Source: Camelus dromedarius
Taxonomy: Eukaryota
Length of the DNA: 64,000 nucleotides
Direction of reading: 5' to 3'
NCBI RefSeq assembly: GCF_036321535.1
Contig: NC_087436.1
Coordinates: forward strand, 65,350,001 to 65,414,000
The translations under genes and the position numbers were made by a program. The notes beneath the pieces were generated by a model. The model did no database searches. It was not told the DNA's origin and saw only the letters and a program-made list of their open reading frames with translations. Below are positions 41,103 to 53,880 of the stretch, piece after piece; the stretch's first letter is position 1, and the number at the start of each line of letters is the position of its first letter.

Positions 41103-41345
41103 AAGAAAATAAAGACAATAATCCATCTCAAATTCTCACAGTCTTGATATATACTTTGTAAATCTACACAGCTATCCTTTTCACCCTTCCTATCTTCTTT
41201 TTCTTCCTTCTTTCCTTCCATTCTTTTCTACATTTATTCCTTTCATTCATTGGCCTGTACATCAATCTGGACATCAGACAGATGGAAAAAATTATGCGTT
41301 CTGAAAGTTGTGATCACACTATTGATAGGGTTAACAATAGACTGT

Positions 41346-41737
41346 GTATTGTGTTTGCTCAGCCTGACATAGTAAAACATTTCAGACTGGGTGGCTCCAA
41401 CAGCAACACTTTTATTTTCTCACAGTCCTAGCGGGTACAAGTCCAAGATGGAAATGTCAGCAGGATTGATTTCTTGTGAGTCTTCTTGGTTTGCTTGTGG
41501 CTGTCATCTCACGTTGTTCTCACGTGGACTTTCCTCTGTGCTCATACACCCCTGGTGTCTCTCCCTCTTTTTATAAGGACATTAGCCATATTATATTAGG
41601 ATCTACCCACATAACCTCATTTAACCATAATTACATCTTTTAAAAGGCTTTATCTCCAAATAGTCATATTCTCAAGTACACTGGGGGTTAGGACTTCAAC
41701 ATATAAAATTTGGGGGGAAACAAATCAGTTCAAAACA
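41346..41737 (-). mobile_element. MaLR solo LTR (MLT1B/C-like)
   Basis: cagactgggtggct...ttattttctcacagt...aagtccaagat...gggggttaggacttcaacatat...ttggggggaaacaaat. Confidence 0.85.
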
Positions 41738-42579
41738 CACTGTAAGCATTTCCCCATGTCATTAAAGTTATTTTAAAATTGCAGAATATTCTAATATATT
41801 AATACACAATTATTTAATGCATTCCCTATTGTTAAACATTGATTTTTCTAATTTTTCACAATTGTAAGGAGTGCTATAGGTAATTTCCTTAAAAAGAAGT
41901 AATTGTATGCATCTCATTACTTTCTTGAGGTCAAAATCCTAGAGGTGAATTTATTATATCAAAAATCACGAATTTTATTGCTAAAACTTCAGAACTTTCC
42001 TCCCAAGTTTAATTGCCTGCAAGCAGTTTGTGAGTTTTATGTTTGCATACCCCAACCAAAGTAATCAAAAGATTATTGCTGATTAAATACGCAACTATTC
42101 TATTTTTAGAAATGTTTTTATGTACTAGCATGATTAATATTCTTTTGCAATTTTAATAGCTTCATTTATGTGATATTGCATATGTATAGCAATATCTTCC
42201 TTTTCCTTATAGTTTTTAAAGGAATTCTGTTTAGAAAGGTATTAAAATATTCTCAAAAAAGTGTATTTTATAATATTATTTCCATTGTTACTATATATTC
42301 TCATTTTTCTTCAATCTGTAGAAAATACGATTTGCTTTATAATATGAATAAGATTTCAGTGATTAATTACATATCCTATATTAAACTTTATTGATTGCAT
42401 TAAACGTATCTATTTTACACTGATAAAATATTTTATCCACTCTTTTAATTTTACGTAATGATTTCAAATCCTGTTTTACTGAGACCTTCCACAGGTCTCC
42501 ACATCTTCCCAACTAGTACTTGTGCCCAACATTCTACCTTTTCTTATTATTGTGACTAGATTATTCATGCTTCTACCTT

Positions 42580-43290
42580 GTGCAGTAGTCATCCTTGACC
42601 ACTCCTGGCAATGCCCCAGCAATTTTCCACATATCTATAATTCTTCCCTCTTTACAGATTCATCTCCAACAGCATCCAAACATGTACTTACATCAGCCAT
42701 ATGAAAACAAGCAAACAAAAAACCCCAAACACACACGTCCAGGCCCCACCACCCCCTCCTGCTGCCACCATATTTACTTTCCCTCACTTAAAGAAAAATC
42801 ATTGAAAAAGCTGTGTGTTCTACATAGCCTAAATCATACATTTTAGTTTATCTGAGATGGTCACAGTTTGGATATGTTGTACTATCCAATACAGAGTTTT
42901 TCCAGAAGAAAAGGGTCCTGTATTAAGTAACAAATTGCATCCTAACCCTAATTCTGTCTTCATTGCTTGTCTCCTATTTCTTGAGTCCTTTCCTTTGACT
43001 TTTCCCCTCCACTCCACAAATTTCTTTTATCGATTTCATGATCCCCATCTTTCCAGAATCCTCAATATTTTTTAGCTCTAAGTATCATTTGATATGTTTG
43101 ATCTCATTTCTTTTTCAAATTCATACCTTCCTTGTATTGATAGACACCACACTCTCCTGGTTTCCCTCCTATCTTACTGATTTTTTCTTCTGCAACTATT
43201 TTCACTTCTCCAAAACTCTTTAACCTCCAAATATTTGGATGCCCTGCTTCTTAGGCCTTTGATCTCTTCTGTTTTATTATACATTCTTCC
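42580..43290 (+). mobile_element. L2 fragments
   Basis: Pyrimidine-rich L2 text (gacaccacactctcctggtttccctcctatcttactga). Confidence 0.6.
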
Positions 43291-43519
43291 TTCTGTAAAT
43301 GCTGCTGGATTTATTAATCCCTTTATGATCATTACAGCATTTCTTTGTGTTCATTATTGTGTTACTTAGAATGCCCAGGAAAATGCTTGCTACTGAATAG
43401 AAGTGGTGAAATGGACAACTTCATTTTATGGTTTTTCCTTTCCTGGCATTACATTCTCTATTAAAGAATTAACACTTACGATTTTTCCTCAGCCTTGGGT
43501 TTTATGGAATGAATCCAAA

Positions 43520-43950
43520 TTAAGACAGATGTCTTTATATTTAAGTCCTAGAGCTTCTTTTAACCACACCAAAGATCCCTGTTTGCTAGCTATTCTGAAT
43601 GCTACTTTTACCTTGATGTCAATAATGGTTATCAACTTCTTGCTTCTGGGAAATAACTGCTGCCCCTTTCTGACATCCTGGGATTCTGGTATCTTCACTG
43701 AAATTAGGAAACCCATTTCAGTGGCAGTATCTTCCATCTTTATTTCCACCCTATGGAGGATCATGCCAGTAGCACTATTTCAGAGATGTTGGTAACCTGC
43801 TCACCTATGCATATTTCAGTGATGGTAAATAAAGTGGTCTCCAAGCCCTCTCAGTTAGACATAACCGAAGACCTGCTGATTCCATAGAACTTTTAAAATC
43901 TGCTCCGACTCTTCTATCTTCTTAACACTTTATAATATTTACATTTCATT
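43520..43950 (-). mobile_element. Highly diverged ERVL gag fragment
   Basis: Minus strand gatactgccactgaaatgggtttccta...cagaatagc...agggatctttggtgtggtta resembles the ERVL internal gag region (from memory). Confidence 0.55.
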
Positions 43951-44423
43951 AAGGAATGTTTTGAATTAGCACTGGATGCACATAAATGCAAATTTCATTT
44001 AACCAGCTAACTAAAAAGTGAGACCTACCCTCTGCTGAATGAGCTAGTGCATGAAATCCACATTCATTACCAAATGTGCTTTATAAGTAGATTAAGTCCA
44101 ACAGAAATTATTTTTTTCTCCTTATTCCAGTATCATCAGTGCTTATTTCTACAGAAACTTCCTATGTTTCTATCACAACTTTCTGTTTCTACAATAAATT
44201 ATAAAAATCTTGCAAATATTTGGTATATAAATCTTACCAAGTTCATATTTAATTCTTATCCATCTGAGACAGGCTGAGCTTTGACTCAAGCTTGGAGGCT
44301 AAAATGTGGAAGAGATGAGGCATAAAAAGACTGGCATTTCTTTACAAGGTAATTACCTCAAGTAATTTCCTTACTCAAGTGAGTTCCTTACAAGGTCTTT
44401 AATCAGTCCCAAACAGCCTCATT

Positions 44424-45214
44424 TAAAAAAAAAATTATTGAAATATAGTTGATTTACAATGTAGGTTATTTTCAGGTGTAGAGCAAAGTGATTCAGTTAT
44501 ACAAATATACATACATACATATATTCTTCTTCAGATTCTTTTCCATTATAGGTTATTACAAGATATTGAGTATAGTTCCCCATGCTATACAGTAGTTCCC
44601 TGTTGTTTATCTATTTTACATATAGTAGTATATATCTGTTAATACCATATTCCTAACTTATCCCACCCCTACCTCTTCCTCCTTTGGTAACAGTAAATTT
44701 GTTTTCTATATCTATGATTCTATTTCTGTTTTGTAAGTATATTCATTTGTATCATTTTTTTTTAGATTCTACACATAAGTGATATATGTCTTTCTCTGTG
44801 TAAATTATTTCTCTGAGTATAATAACTTCTACATCCATCCATGTTGCTGCAAATGGCATCATTTCATTCTTTTTTATAGCTCAGTAATATTCCATTACAT
44901 GTTATATATGTGTGTGTATCTCACCTTCTATTAATTCTTCTGTCAGTGGGCATTTAGGTTGCTTCCATGTACTATAAATAACGCTGCTGTGAACATTGGG
45001 GTGTGTGTATCTTTTCCAATTAGAGTTTTCTCTGGATATATGCCCTGGAGTGGGATTGCTGGATCACATGGTAACTCTAATTTTAGTTTAAGAAACCTCC
45101 ATACTGTTCTCCATAGTGGCTGCACCAATTTACATTCCCACCAACAGTGCAGCACGGTTCCCATTTCTCCACACCCTCTCTGGCATTTATTATTTGTACA
45201 CTTTTGATGATGGC
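44424..45214 (-). mobile_element. 5'-truncated L1 with 16-bp TSD
   Basis: ORF2 C-terminus ([21 protein letters not shown]) plus 3'UTR; TSD cccaaac[a/t]gcctcatt at 44408-44423 and 45215-45230. Confidence 0.93.
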
Positions 45215-48200
45215 CCCAAACTGCCTCATTCTTACCAGAGAAGTTGTTCTGCTTCCAAGGAAGACTCAGAGGTGTTCAGAATTCAGATTAACCAGTCAGC
45301 CAAATATATCAGAAAGTCCTCTTCTCCTCTTTGGGATTTTAATCTATACTCAGCTTTTCACACAATGACCTAAGTAAATTGTGAATTTACTATATGCTAT
45401 AATATATTAACTTTCAAAATCAGATTCTACATCAGATTTTCAGCTAAGTCTTCCCTAAGATTATTAAAAAAAAAAAAAAAGCTTCCCCTTGATTCTGAAA
45501 CATCTTAGATTCTGCTGATCAGGGAATTCCCTAGAGATGGATTTACAAGATGAGAGAAGGAATTTAGGCCACAAGAAATATGTAACGCCATATTATCCTG
45601 GTTTTTTACTGGCAAAGAGAAAAATTTTATTTTTGTTTAGGCACTTCCGAGTCTATTTCATTTAGCTGAATCCATATCTTAATACTATATCTATGTTTCC
45701 CTTAGACTTGTATCTTTTTTTCCTCTAAAGAGTAAAATTGGCTATTTTATATTTGATTATTTTTGTTATGCTTTAAATTAAGAACAGCACATACTGCACA
45801 TAAATTGATTATTTGGAAATAGATTTCTATTCTAAAAGAAAACATTTTAAAATGGTTCACAAATAAACTTTTACAAAATTTCTGCTAATGTAGCTTTAAT
45901 GAATAGCTGTAACAGTTTCTCAAGTTTGTTGGCTGTAAAACAAAAAACACAATACAACAAAACATAACCAGCAATAAAAGAAAAAACAAAACCAAAAAAA
46001 GCCCATGCATTTTACAGGTCTGATTTGGCTAGAAGCACCAGTTTTCTAGGCACAAGGGATCTTGAAGTACCATAAAGTACAAGCAAACTATATTCTAGTT
46101 TTTTGTTAGTTTAGTTTAAAATTTTTCTAAAATTTGGGGGAAATGTACAATACAGTAAAAGCCCTGAGTGTATTATCTACTGTAAGAGCAAAGTCCACAT
46201 TTTTAGTAAATAAATTTGAGGATTGCCTTCTGTTTGTAGAAAGAGGCACTACTGAGCCTGGCAACAGAACACAGAAATAAACGTGCTAGTACCTTGCGGT
46301 CGGGCTGCACCCTGCAGGCCTGCAACCCTTGTAGTAGCCCAATGTCGAGAACTAAGAGCCCAGGGACAGCAACAGAGACATCAGTGTTCCAACAGGGGAT
46401 CTTACATGTCTGCAGCAATATGTCCTGGAGAGACACCAGGCAGACAGCAGGCAGGACGTGACAGCAATCTTTGCTATTTGGGGGAGAAGGAGGTTACCAT
46501 TTGAAGGAGGAGCTGACGTCAGTTTAGCTCATCAGTTACCAGGGAAACCAGCAGCCGGGGCACATGTCTCACAGACCCTCAGGTTAATGACCATCATAAG
46601 GGAAGATGTCTTCCTTCAGTAAACTAGCAGGTGAAGCTGTTCTGGCCTAAGGACTAGAGCAATCACTAGCTGGGGCAGGAGGCAAGTAGGAACATGTGAG
46701 TAGAGTTAGGTGAAGCAGGAACTGGTTGAGCAGGGAATGTACAAAGAGCAAGAGAATGACCATCTTGAGTGGCCTGACCATGCACGCCACCCCTACACAC
46801 CCTGCCCGACTCCTTACAATCTTGGTCTGCCCCTCTTCCACAATATCCCTGAGGTCAGGTACGTAGAGGTGCACTGCAACCAAATACCACAAATGAAATA
46901 CAGACAGCAGAAGCTAACGGGTATCATGAGTGAGCCAGGGGCTTATTGGGTCATTTTTTCATGGAAGACTGGAGGACGACAACATAATCTCTCTGTAGAC
47001 CCAGCAGTCAGACTTATTTCACAATGAGGCCACCACTGTTACCCAGTCCCTCCACTCAGACTGGGGACAAAATGTAAGATGTGTAACAGGCACAATACAG
47101 GGAAGATCATGACCATTAAGCAAAATACAAGCAGCAACAGCATTCTGAGCAACCTGCCTGTGGTTTCGTCCAGGTCTGCAGTATCATACCGCCCTCAGTC
47201 CCTGCCTGCTGGGGTGCTGAATACTGGAGGGGCCGTGTAACAACAGACCACAAGGGTAATATGATGGTGCCTTTCTCCAGTAGGGAGCCCAGGTTAATTA
47301 CCTTAGTAAGTAGTCTCAGGTGGGCTGGGTAGAAGACAGGTGAAATCTATAAAGTTCCTTTCCAATCCCATTCCCCACGAGTAGCAAACTCAAATAACCA
47401 GGGACTTACCCGCCAGTTCCAGGACTGTTTTACAATGTGTTCCCCTCAGGGTAGATCCTGTGGCTTTGGTAAAAGTTAATTACTGTCTTGACAATAGTTG
47501 GCAATTATCCTCTGGTGGTCAACAGCTGAACTCGGATGGTGTTGAGAAGTTGCCTCTGGGTTAAAACGGTGAAGGTGCTGAGACTATTCCTCCCGGGATT
47601 TTCAGTTATAGTTAATGGGGCTTCAGTTAGCCCCCTGGTCCACATGCTGAGAGAATGGGTTTCCAGTCTCAACTATTATCTAAGTAGTCCGTTCTTCTTT
47701 TAAATTAACCTGGGAGCGGTAGGGTTGTAGGGCAGGTGGAGATGCCAATGTATGTCATTTTTATCGGCCCATTCCTCAACTTCACGGCCAGTAAAGTGGA
47801 TTCCTTGGTTGCTATTAATGTCCATGCAGGTCCTGTATGCCGCACACAGCTGTTCTAGACCACGAATAGTGGTTTTTAGCGTTGCTCGATATCTCAGGTA
47901 GTCCTTTGTAATGTCTTCCGTGCATTAAAATTCACGGTGGACTGCATATAGCTGTTGTTGCATCATGCTGTATTTTTGCTCTGCCCCCGTCCACAGCTGA
48001 GACCAGAAGCCCAAGGGTTACTCATTTTTTTGCCATTGCCACAGACATCAACCAAACACTTCCAGGTATCTGGCCATGTCCAATTCAGAAGCCTCTCCCT
48101 GCACTGAGATCCTTAAAGCCTGGGTCTGTAACTGTTTAGGAGTTTGGGTCAGGAGTAAGCTTGTATTTTGTAGATAAAACAGGTCCTTGTGTTTTGTCTG

Positions 48201-48456
48201 TATTCACCTGCTATCCCCATGCAGTCAGATGAACCACAAGCATTGGGCTGCTACTTTTAAACTGAAAAGAGCCTCTGAGGTTAAGTAAGAGGACATCATC
48301 AGTATTATGGAAGAGAAAGACATCTCTCATGGGAGCCAGTTGCCACAGGGCCCTATATGCTAGTGGAGTGCCATCTTGGGACTACCCTCCTCCCTCAATT
48401 TTCTATTCCCCATCCTTCTTTCCTGACTTCTTGCAACTCGCAGGAGTTTTGCTGGA

Positions 48457-48474
48457 TCCCTGACTGGCTTGCCA
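48457..48474 (-). other. Primer-binding site, tRNA-Arg-like
   Basis: tggcaagccagtcaggga matches TGGCGAGCCAGCCAGGAG at 14/18 and lies 2 nt from the 5' LTR end. Confidence 0.7.
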
Positions 48475-48706
48475 ATTGTTGGGCTGCACTCTGCAGTCTT
48501 GCAAGCCTTGTAGTTGCTCATCCTTGACACAAACAGCCCAGAGACAGTGACACAGACATCAGTGGTTGGATAGGGGATCTTACGTGTCCACAGCAAAAGG
48601 TCTTGGAGTGATACTCCACTGTGTATAGCAGACAGCAGGCAGGACATGACAGCAATCTTTGCTACTCCAGGGGGGGAGGAGGAGGAACTGATGGAACTGA
48701 CGGAAC

Positions 48707-48745
48707 TGACGTCAGGTTTATAGGAGGAAGTGACGTCAGATTGGC
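48707..48745 (-). promoter_or_regulatory. LTR core promoter: CCAAT - CRE - ETS - TATA - CRE
   Basis: Minus strand gccaatc TGACGTCA cttcctcc TATAAA cc TGACGTCA; CREs at 48707-48714 and 48731-48738. Confidence 0.65.
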
Positions 48746-49689
48746 TCATTAGTTACCAGGGAAACCAGCAGCTGGGGCACATGCCTCATAGACCCTCAGG
48801 TTAATGACCATCAAAGGGAAGATGTTTTCCTTTAACAAACTGCAGGTGAAGCTGTTCTGGCTTAAGGATTAGAAACATCATGAGCTGGGGCAGGAGGCAA
48901 GCACGTTCATGTAAGTAGAGTGTAGGAGAAGCAGGAACTGACTGAGTAGGGAATGTGTGAAGAGCAAGAGAAGAGCCATCGTAAGTGGCCTTTTGGCCAC
49001 TTGCCCTGTTGGCAGGACACCAAATCCAGCAGCATTCACCTGATCTACTTGATCTTTCTATTGAAAGTGGTATTATTAAAACCCTAGAAGCATTACAGAA
49101 ATTAGACTTGACACTTAACAAAAAACAGCTTGACACACAGTATGCATCACAAAAATAGACAGTATGTGCTCACTATAATATTTTTATGAGTTCTTTGATG
49201 CAAGAAAATATTATCTAGACCTTTACACAATAAAATTCTAAATTAGAGATAAAGTTTCTGCAAAGCTTTGTAAAGAAAAACAGATGTGATGATCACATCA
49301 ATATTTATTTAGCCAGAGTTAACTCTGAGAGATTGAAATGGAGTTGAAGAGACTGTCAAAGAGCCCTGAAGTGTAGATTCTCTTTTAGTAAATATAGAAA
49401 TATAAAGACAAGGGAATTTTGGAAATCAGGAAGGCCAAAGAATCTGCTGAATAAAAATTTTAGGATACAATGCAAGACATTTTCAAGAAATTATAAAACA
49501 CAGAAGCAGAACACTAATTCAGTTGTTCAACAGCTATTCTATGAGACAGAAGTCTGTGAGGCACTGTGAGCGTCAATATGGATAGAACGGTAGGTAAAAT
49601 GCACAATAGCCCCTGGTATCATGGAGCTTACAATCTCACAAGGGAAAGAAATATTGAAAGTAATGAATCCTGTATACACATCATATAAC

Positions 49690-51380
49690 ATAGATCGTTT
49701 CTGCGGTTTCTATACAATCATGCTCCAGGGGGCCCATTTCTGTGGGTAGCAGGGTGGCAGGATTTAGCAAGTGACAGGTTTTTATGGCAGCTGCTGGGTT
49801 GTCTAAAAGCATAGCTTGAACTTGAACCAACCTTGCAGGGGATGGCCATTCTGTCGGCTTAGAACTTACTAAAGCCTGAACCGGGTAAGGAGTCCATACA
49901 GTGACTGGCTGACTAAACGGTGACTTTTCAGCCTACTTTATTTAGCAGGGTTGTAGTGGTGGCTGCTGCCTGTAGACAAGGAGGTCGTCCCTTAGCAGGT
50001 TGACTTAATGGTTTAGAGAAATAAGCAAACACTTGAGAAAGGGGTCCCAGTTTTTGAGCTAATACCCCAAGGGTGACTCTCCTCTTACGAATGTAAAGGT
50101 TGAAGGGTTTCACTAAATCTGGGAGGGCCAGGGCAGGGGCCTGAAATAATTGCTTTTCTAATTCTTGAAAGGCCCCTTCACATTCCAAATTCCTTTGAAA
50201 AGGATCATCATCCTTTCTTTTCAACATTTCACTTAGAAGCCGAGCTATTAGACCATAGTTAGAGATACAGATGTGGCAACTAGCTGTCTTCTAGTTTTAG
50301 GAGGGGTGAGGCTGCAAATAGCTTCCTTCCTGTCCTGGGGTAGGATTCTCTGACCTTCTGTGAGAATGAAACGTAGGTAGGTCACCCTAGTTTGTGAACC
50401 ACTGACAGATGGAGGGCAACTTTCCCCATTTCCCAGCTGGTATTGGGGCCAGGCTGTGTTAGATGGAAGATCAAATGTTTCTGCAGGATACACCCTAATG
50501 GGCTATCCTTCAGTCTGCGGGATGGTTGGTTTCCTGTACTTGGGATGTTCTGTTTTGGATTTGTTTCCAACTACTGAGGGGCAACTAGAGTGATCTGTTG
50601 GTATGCAATGCTGCAAAATTTGACCCAAATAAAATTTCCAGTTTGGCACATTTGGAACCAGCACCAAGCTGTTAATGGATTCCTCAAAGGCTGGAATGGG
50701 AGGTGCCCAAATGGTGCGGACTCTGATATAATTGGGGGTCCCCCTTGAATATGTAATGGCTCATGCTTGAAACAGTCCCTCCTCAGTCAGAATGTCCCAC
50801 AGGAGGTTAGACAGGGCCGCCTCTGGGCCAGACCAGCTTAGCCACATTAGTTCCTGACCAACTTGGTCCCTTAGGGAGTGGCATGGCTCTATGAGGTGGA
50901 GTTTTCAGCCAAAAAGGAGGAGTTTTCAGACTTCCTGCTGGGCGAGAGCTAAAAGCATGAAGGATTCCCATAGGGTACCACCAGATGACTGGGGCAGCTG
51001 GTGTTCTGTTCTGATATGGGTAGGAGAGCCCTTGGAGCCTCAGTTGATAAGAAATTACCCAAGGTTCACCTCACAAACAGAATGGGGAGGAGAGGTCAGA
51101 TGTTGGGTGTTTCCTGTTCTTGCCAGCAACTCACAGGACTTCCAATAATGGGGTTCCTGATCTGTGAAAAGTTCACAGGGCTCCCCAGCCCACTTCAGAG
51201 AAACTAGCTGACTGGAAGAGGTCAAGATACCAGTCATGTACCTACTCTGGGACCTGTTCACACTCGAGCATCCTCAGTGCCTCTTCCTGAACTCAGATCC
51301 TGCATCCTCATTTCATTTTTTCCTGGTCTTGCCTCTCGGCTCACAGGGCTGACCACTTTCCTTCACCAAACTGAAAGTGA
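49690..51380 (-). mobile_element. Class I (gamma-like ERV1) internal remnant: leader, gag MA and pol
   Basis: gag GNQPS..DSPLGCIL..NTAWPQYQLGNGE (50410-50540); pol VTYLRFIL..PPKTRRQL, APALALPDLVKPF, AYFSKPL, LNPATLLP (49700-50400). Confidence 0.85.
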
Positions 51381-51449
51381 TGCTAGAGAACATTACTGTT
51401 GACCCTGGAAGTCAGCAAGGAGGGCAAAGCCCTGGTGCAGTGTCTGCTG

Positions 51450-51910
51450 CTTTGTAGGGGTGTCAAGAGGACAGTGCTACTGAGGAGACAATGGGCAAGA
51501 TGGCCATGGCTCCCACTGTCCCCGGGCATCTGATTCTATGGGAAGGCCAACCAGGGGCAGCGGGAAGACATGCCTTAGTTTCAGTCTCAGATCCCCAATG
51601 ATGACACATGTGATCCCCTCAAAGGGAGTTACACTGTGTCCACATGACACCTGGGTATTGGGTTGCTGGGCATAATTGCTCCGAATTTGGCTGAAGGCTT
51701 GAGTAGCCTATTAGAGAAGACTTCTGGAAAATCACTCAGTCTGGCTGATAGTCAGCCTACCAAACATCAGTGATATGAATGAAGGTGATGCACCCCAGTC
51801 AAAATGTCCACTTACTGCAATGAACCAAGGCAAAACCAGCTCAAGCTGCCAACCTACATAGTGATTGCTATTTTAAGCTACCAATATCTGGGGTGATTTG
51901 TTTCATATCT
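51450..51910 (+). mobile_element. Old MaLR LTR fragment (MLT1-like)
   Basis: 3' terminus tgctattttaagctaccaatatctggggtgatttgtttcat. Confidence 0.5.
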
Positions 51911-52754
51911 AGGATTAATTTATAATGTCCAATTTCTGCATCTTATTTACTTATAGTATGTGTCATTTCACAATCACAATTGAAAGAATGAGATGTTTAT
52001 CAGAGCTTCTCTTTGGCAGAAACTAAATTCAAAGTTCTGTTGCCCCAGATGCATGAAACTGTCAGAAACTCTGCTCAGGCTGCTCTGGTTCTCAGCATCT
52101 CAGCTGCTACTTCTTACTGTGAAGCTTCTCAGCACATTAATCATGGCTTTTGAATAGACCAATACCTCAAGGGAAAAAGTAACATCAAATATTAGGTTCT
52201 CTCTCTGGAATTTCCTCCTTTCCAGAATTTTATCTCAGCAAGTTCTATTATGGTACCTTCAAACAGATTTTTTTCTTTTTTTTAATGTTCAACCTTTCTC
52301 AGAAAATTTTGGTTTGCAATAAGCCAATATTAAAGGAAACCAGAATTATACGCAATTAAAATTTGTAAGTTTTGTTTCCCTGTGGATTATGAAGTCCTTG
52401 AGAAAAAGAGCACATGATTTATTTATTTTTGAGTTCCAACATAGAACTTAATGTCCAAAACACAGAAATTCCTTAAATTTTTCTGTTGGAATTAAATTAA
52501 GTTTGGTATCAGAAATGGAAGTAAGAGAATGGAATGTGCTGATTTAGGAATGAAAGTTAAGATAGGTATGTATGGGTCAAGGAGAAGCTTTAGTTAAATA
52601 ATCAGTTTTGATACTTACTATCCACAGGAAACATTTTTTTTTTTCTTTTAACAGTCTTTGAGCATTTTGGTCAGGCTCTGTTATAGACATAAGGCATTAA
52701 AAGATAGTTTAAAAATAGTCCTTTCAGGAACTCAAAATTTATAGAGAACAAAAG

Positions 52755-53880
52755 AATCACTTAATCTTCATAGAATTCTATCATTTCTAACTCCAAAATA
52801 TATCTCAAATACACTCCTTTATGCCACTATGGGTTTCAGAATAGGCCAACCCAAGATGTATTATTTGGGCATGTGAATTATTTTGTATTAAAGGCAGTGG
52901 AGATCCCACAGGCTCAAGAAAAACTACTGCCCCTCCCTTAACTACCTAAAAGAATTTAAATGGGGGATTTTTCCCCCAAAGAGAGTTATTACCAGAAACA
53001 AATTTTATCTAAGTGGCTCCATCTGTATGGCAGGGCAAACATCTAATTACCAAACATGTTCCTCTTCTTGTTTTATGAATGACCCTCCATGCCCTCGGAA
53101 CACCCAGACCCCTGCCTTACTCCTTAGCTCAGGATATCATATGTACCTCATTTTTACCTTTCTGTCTTTAAACTTCTCACTTAGTGGGGATACCATATGT
53201 ACTAAATTAAATTTGATTTAATTCAATTAATAAAGTTACTCTTTCTCATGTTAATCTAATTCTTAGACTAGCCAGAAGAACCCAGAAGCATAGAGGAAAG
53301 TTTTCTTCCTCTCCAATAGCACCTCCACTATTTCCATCTTAGTTCAAACTGCCATCGCATCAGCCTAGTTGAGAGTAACTACCTCTCACATGGTCTCCTT
53401 CTTTTCAACAAATATTCCCTCCAACCCATTCAAATGTAGAGGTCAGAGTGAAGTTTTAAAAATTTGTAAATTAGATCATGAGGCTTGTGTCACTGCTTAA
53501 AACTTTTTTCTTTCTTTCTTCCTTTTTTTTTTTTTTAACTTTTGTTAGACTCTAAATTCCTTAGCCTGCAATACCTGAAAGAACCTGTTTCGGCCTTCAT
53601 TTCCAAACTTTTAGTCAGGAACCTCCCATCTAGCTTAAATGTTTACTACTTTACAGTCTCTTTTGTCTTCTCCTATTCTTTCCAAATTACATCAAGCTCT
53701 CTCATGCCTCGGGACTTTTGTGCTTTCTAGTCCCTTGCAGCAGGCTGTTCTTACCTTTTTTTTTTTTCTCAAGTGAGCTACTTATCATGCCGCAGGACAC
53801 TTAAATCTATATTTCAGAGAAGCTTTTCTTGACTGTGCCATCTAATACAGCCCCTTCTCCACCTTCTCACTATCGTTTCC
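52755..53880 (+). mobile_element. L2 fragment interrupted by an LTR
   Basis: L2 text on both sides of 52828-53318 (ctccaaaatatatctcaaat / ttagatcatg / ggacttttgtgct / tttcagagaagcttttcttgac). Confidence 0.6.
52828..53318 (+). mobile_element. ERV1 solo LTR (MER34-like)
   Basis: cagaataggccaacccaagatgtattatttgggcatgtgaattattttg...aataaa...ttttcttcctctccaata. Confidence 0.7.

Larger units (their letters stand above)
46298..48999 (-). mobile_element. Internally deleted class III (ERVL-like) provirus
   Basis: Direct-repeat LTRs 46298-46784 and 48477-48999; 5-bp TSD CTTGC (46293-46297, 49000-49004); PBS and PPT present; pol remnants LGFWSQLWTGAEQKYS (~47960-48020) and integrase DINSNQGIHFTG..W..HLPYNP..LI*KKNGLL (~47685-47880). 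Confidence 0.9.

Noticed and set aside
43403..43795. Overlapping 130-aa (+) and 91-aa (-) ORFs with a nearby gtaagt
   Set aside because: Better explained as an ERVL gag remnant; no convincing acceptor or exon chain.
51350..51378. Possible LTR end and PBS for the ERV1 remnant (ctttca-gtt-tggtgaagg)
   Set aside because: It matches no tRNA 3' end I can identify beyond TGGTG.
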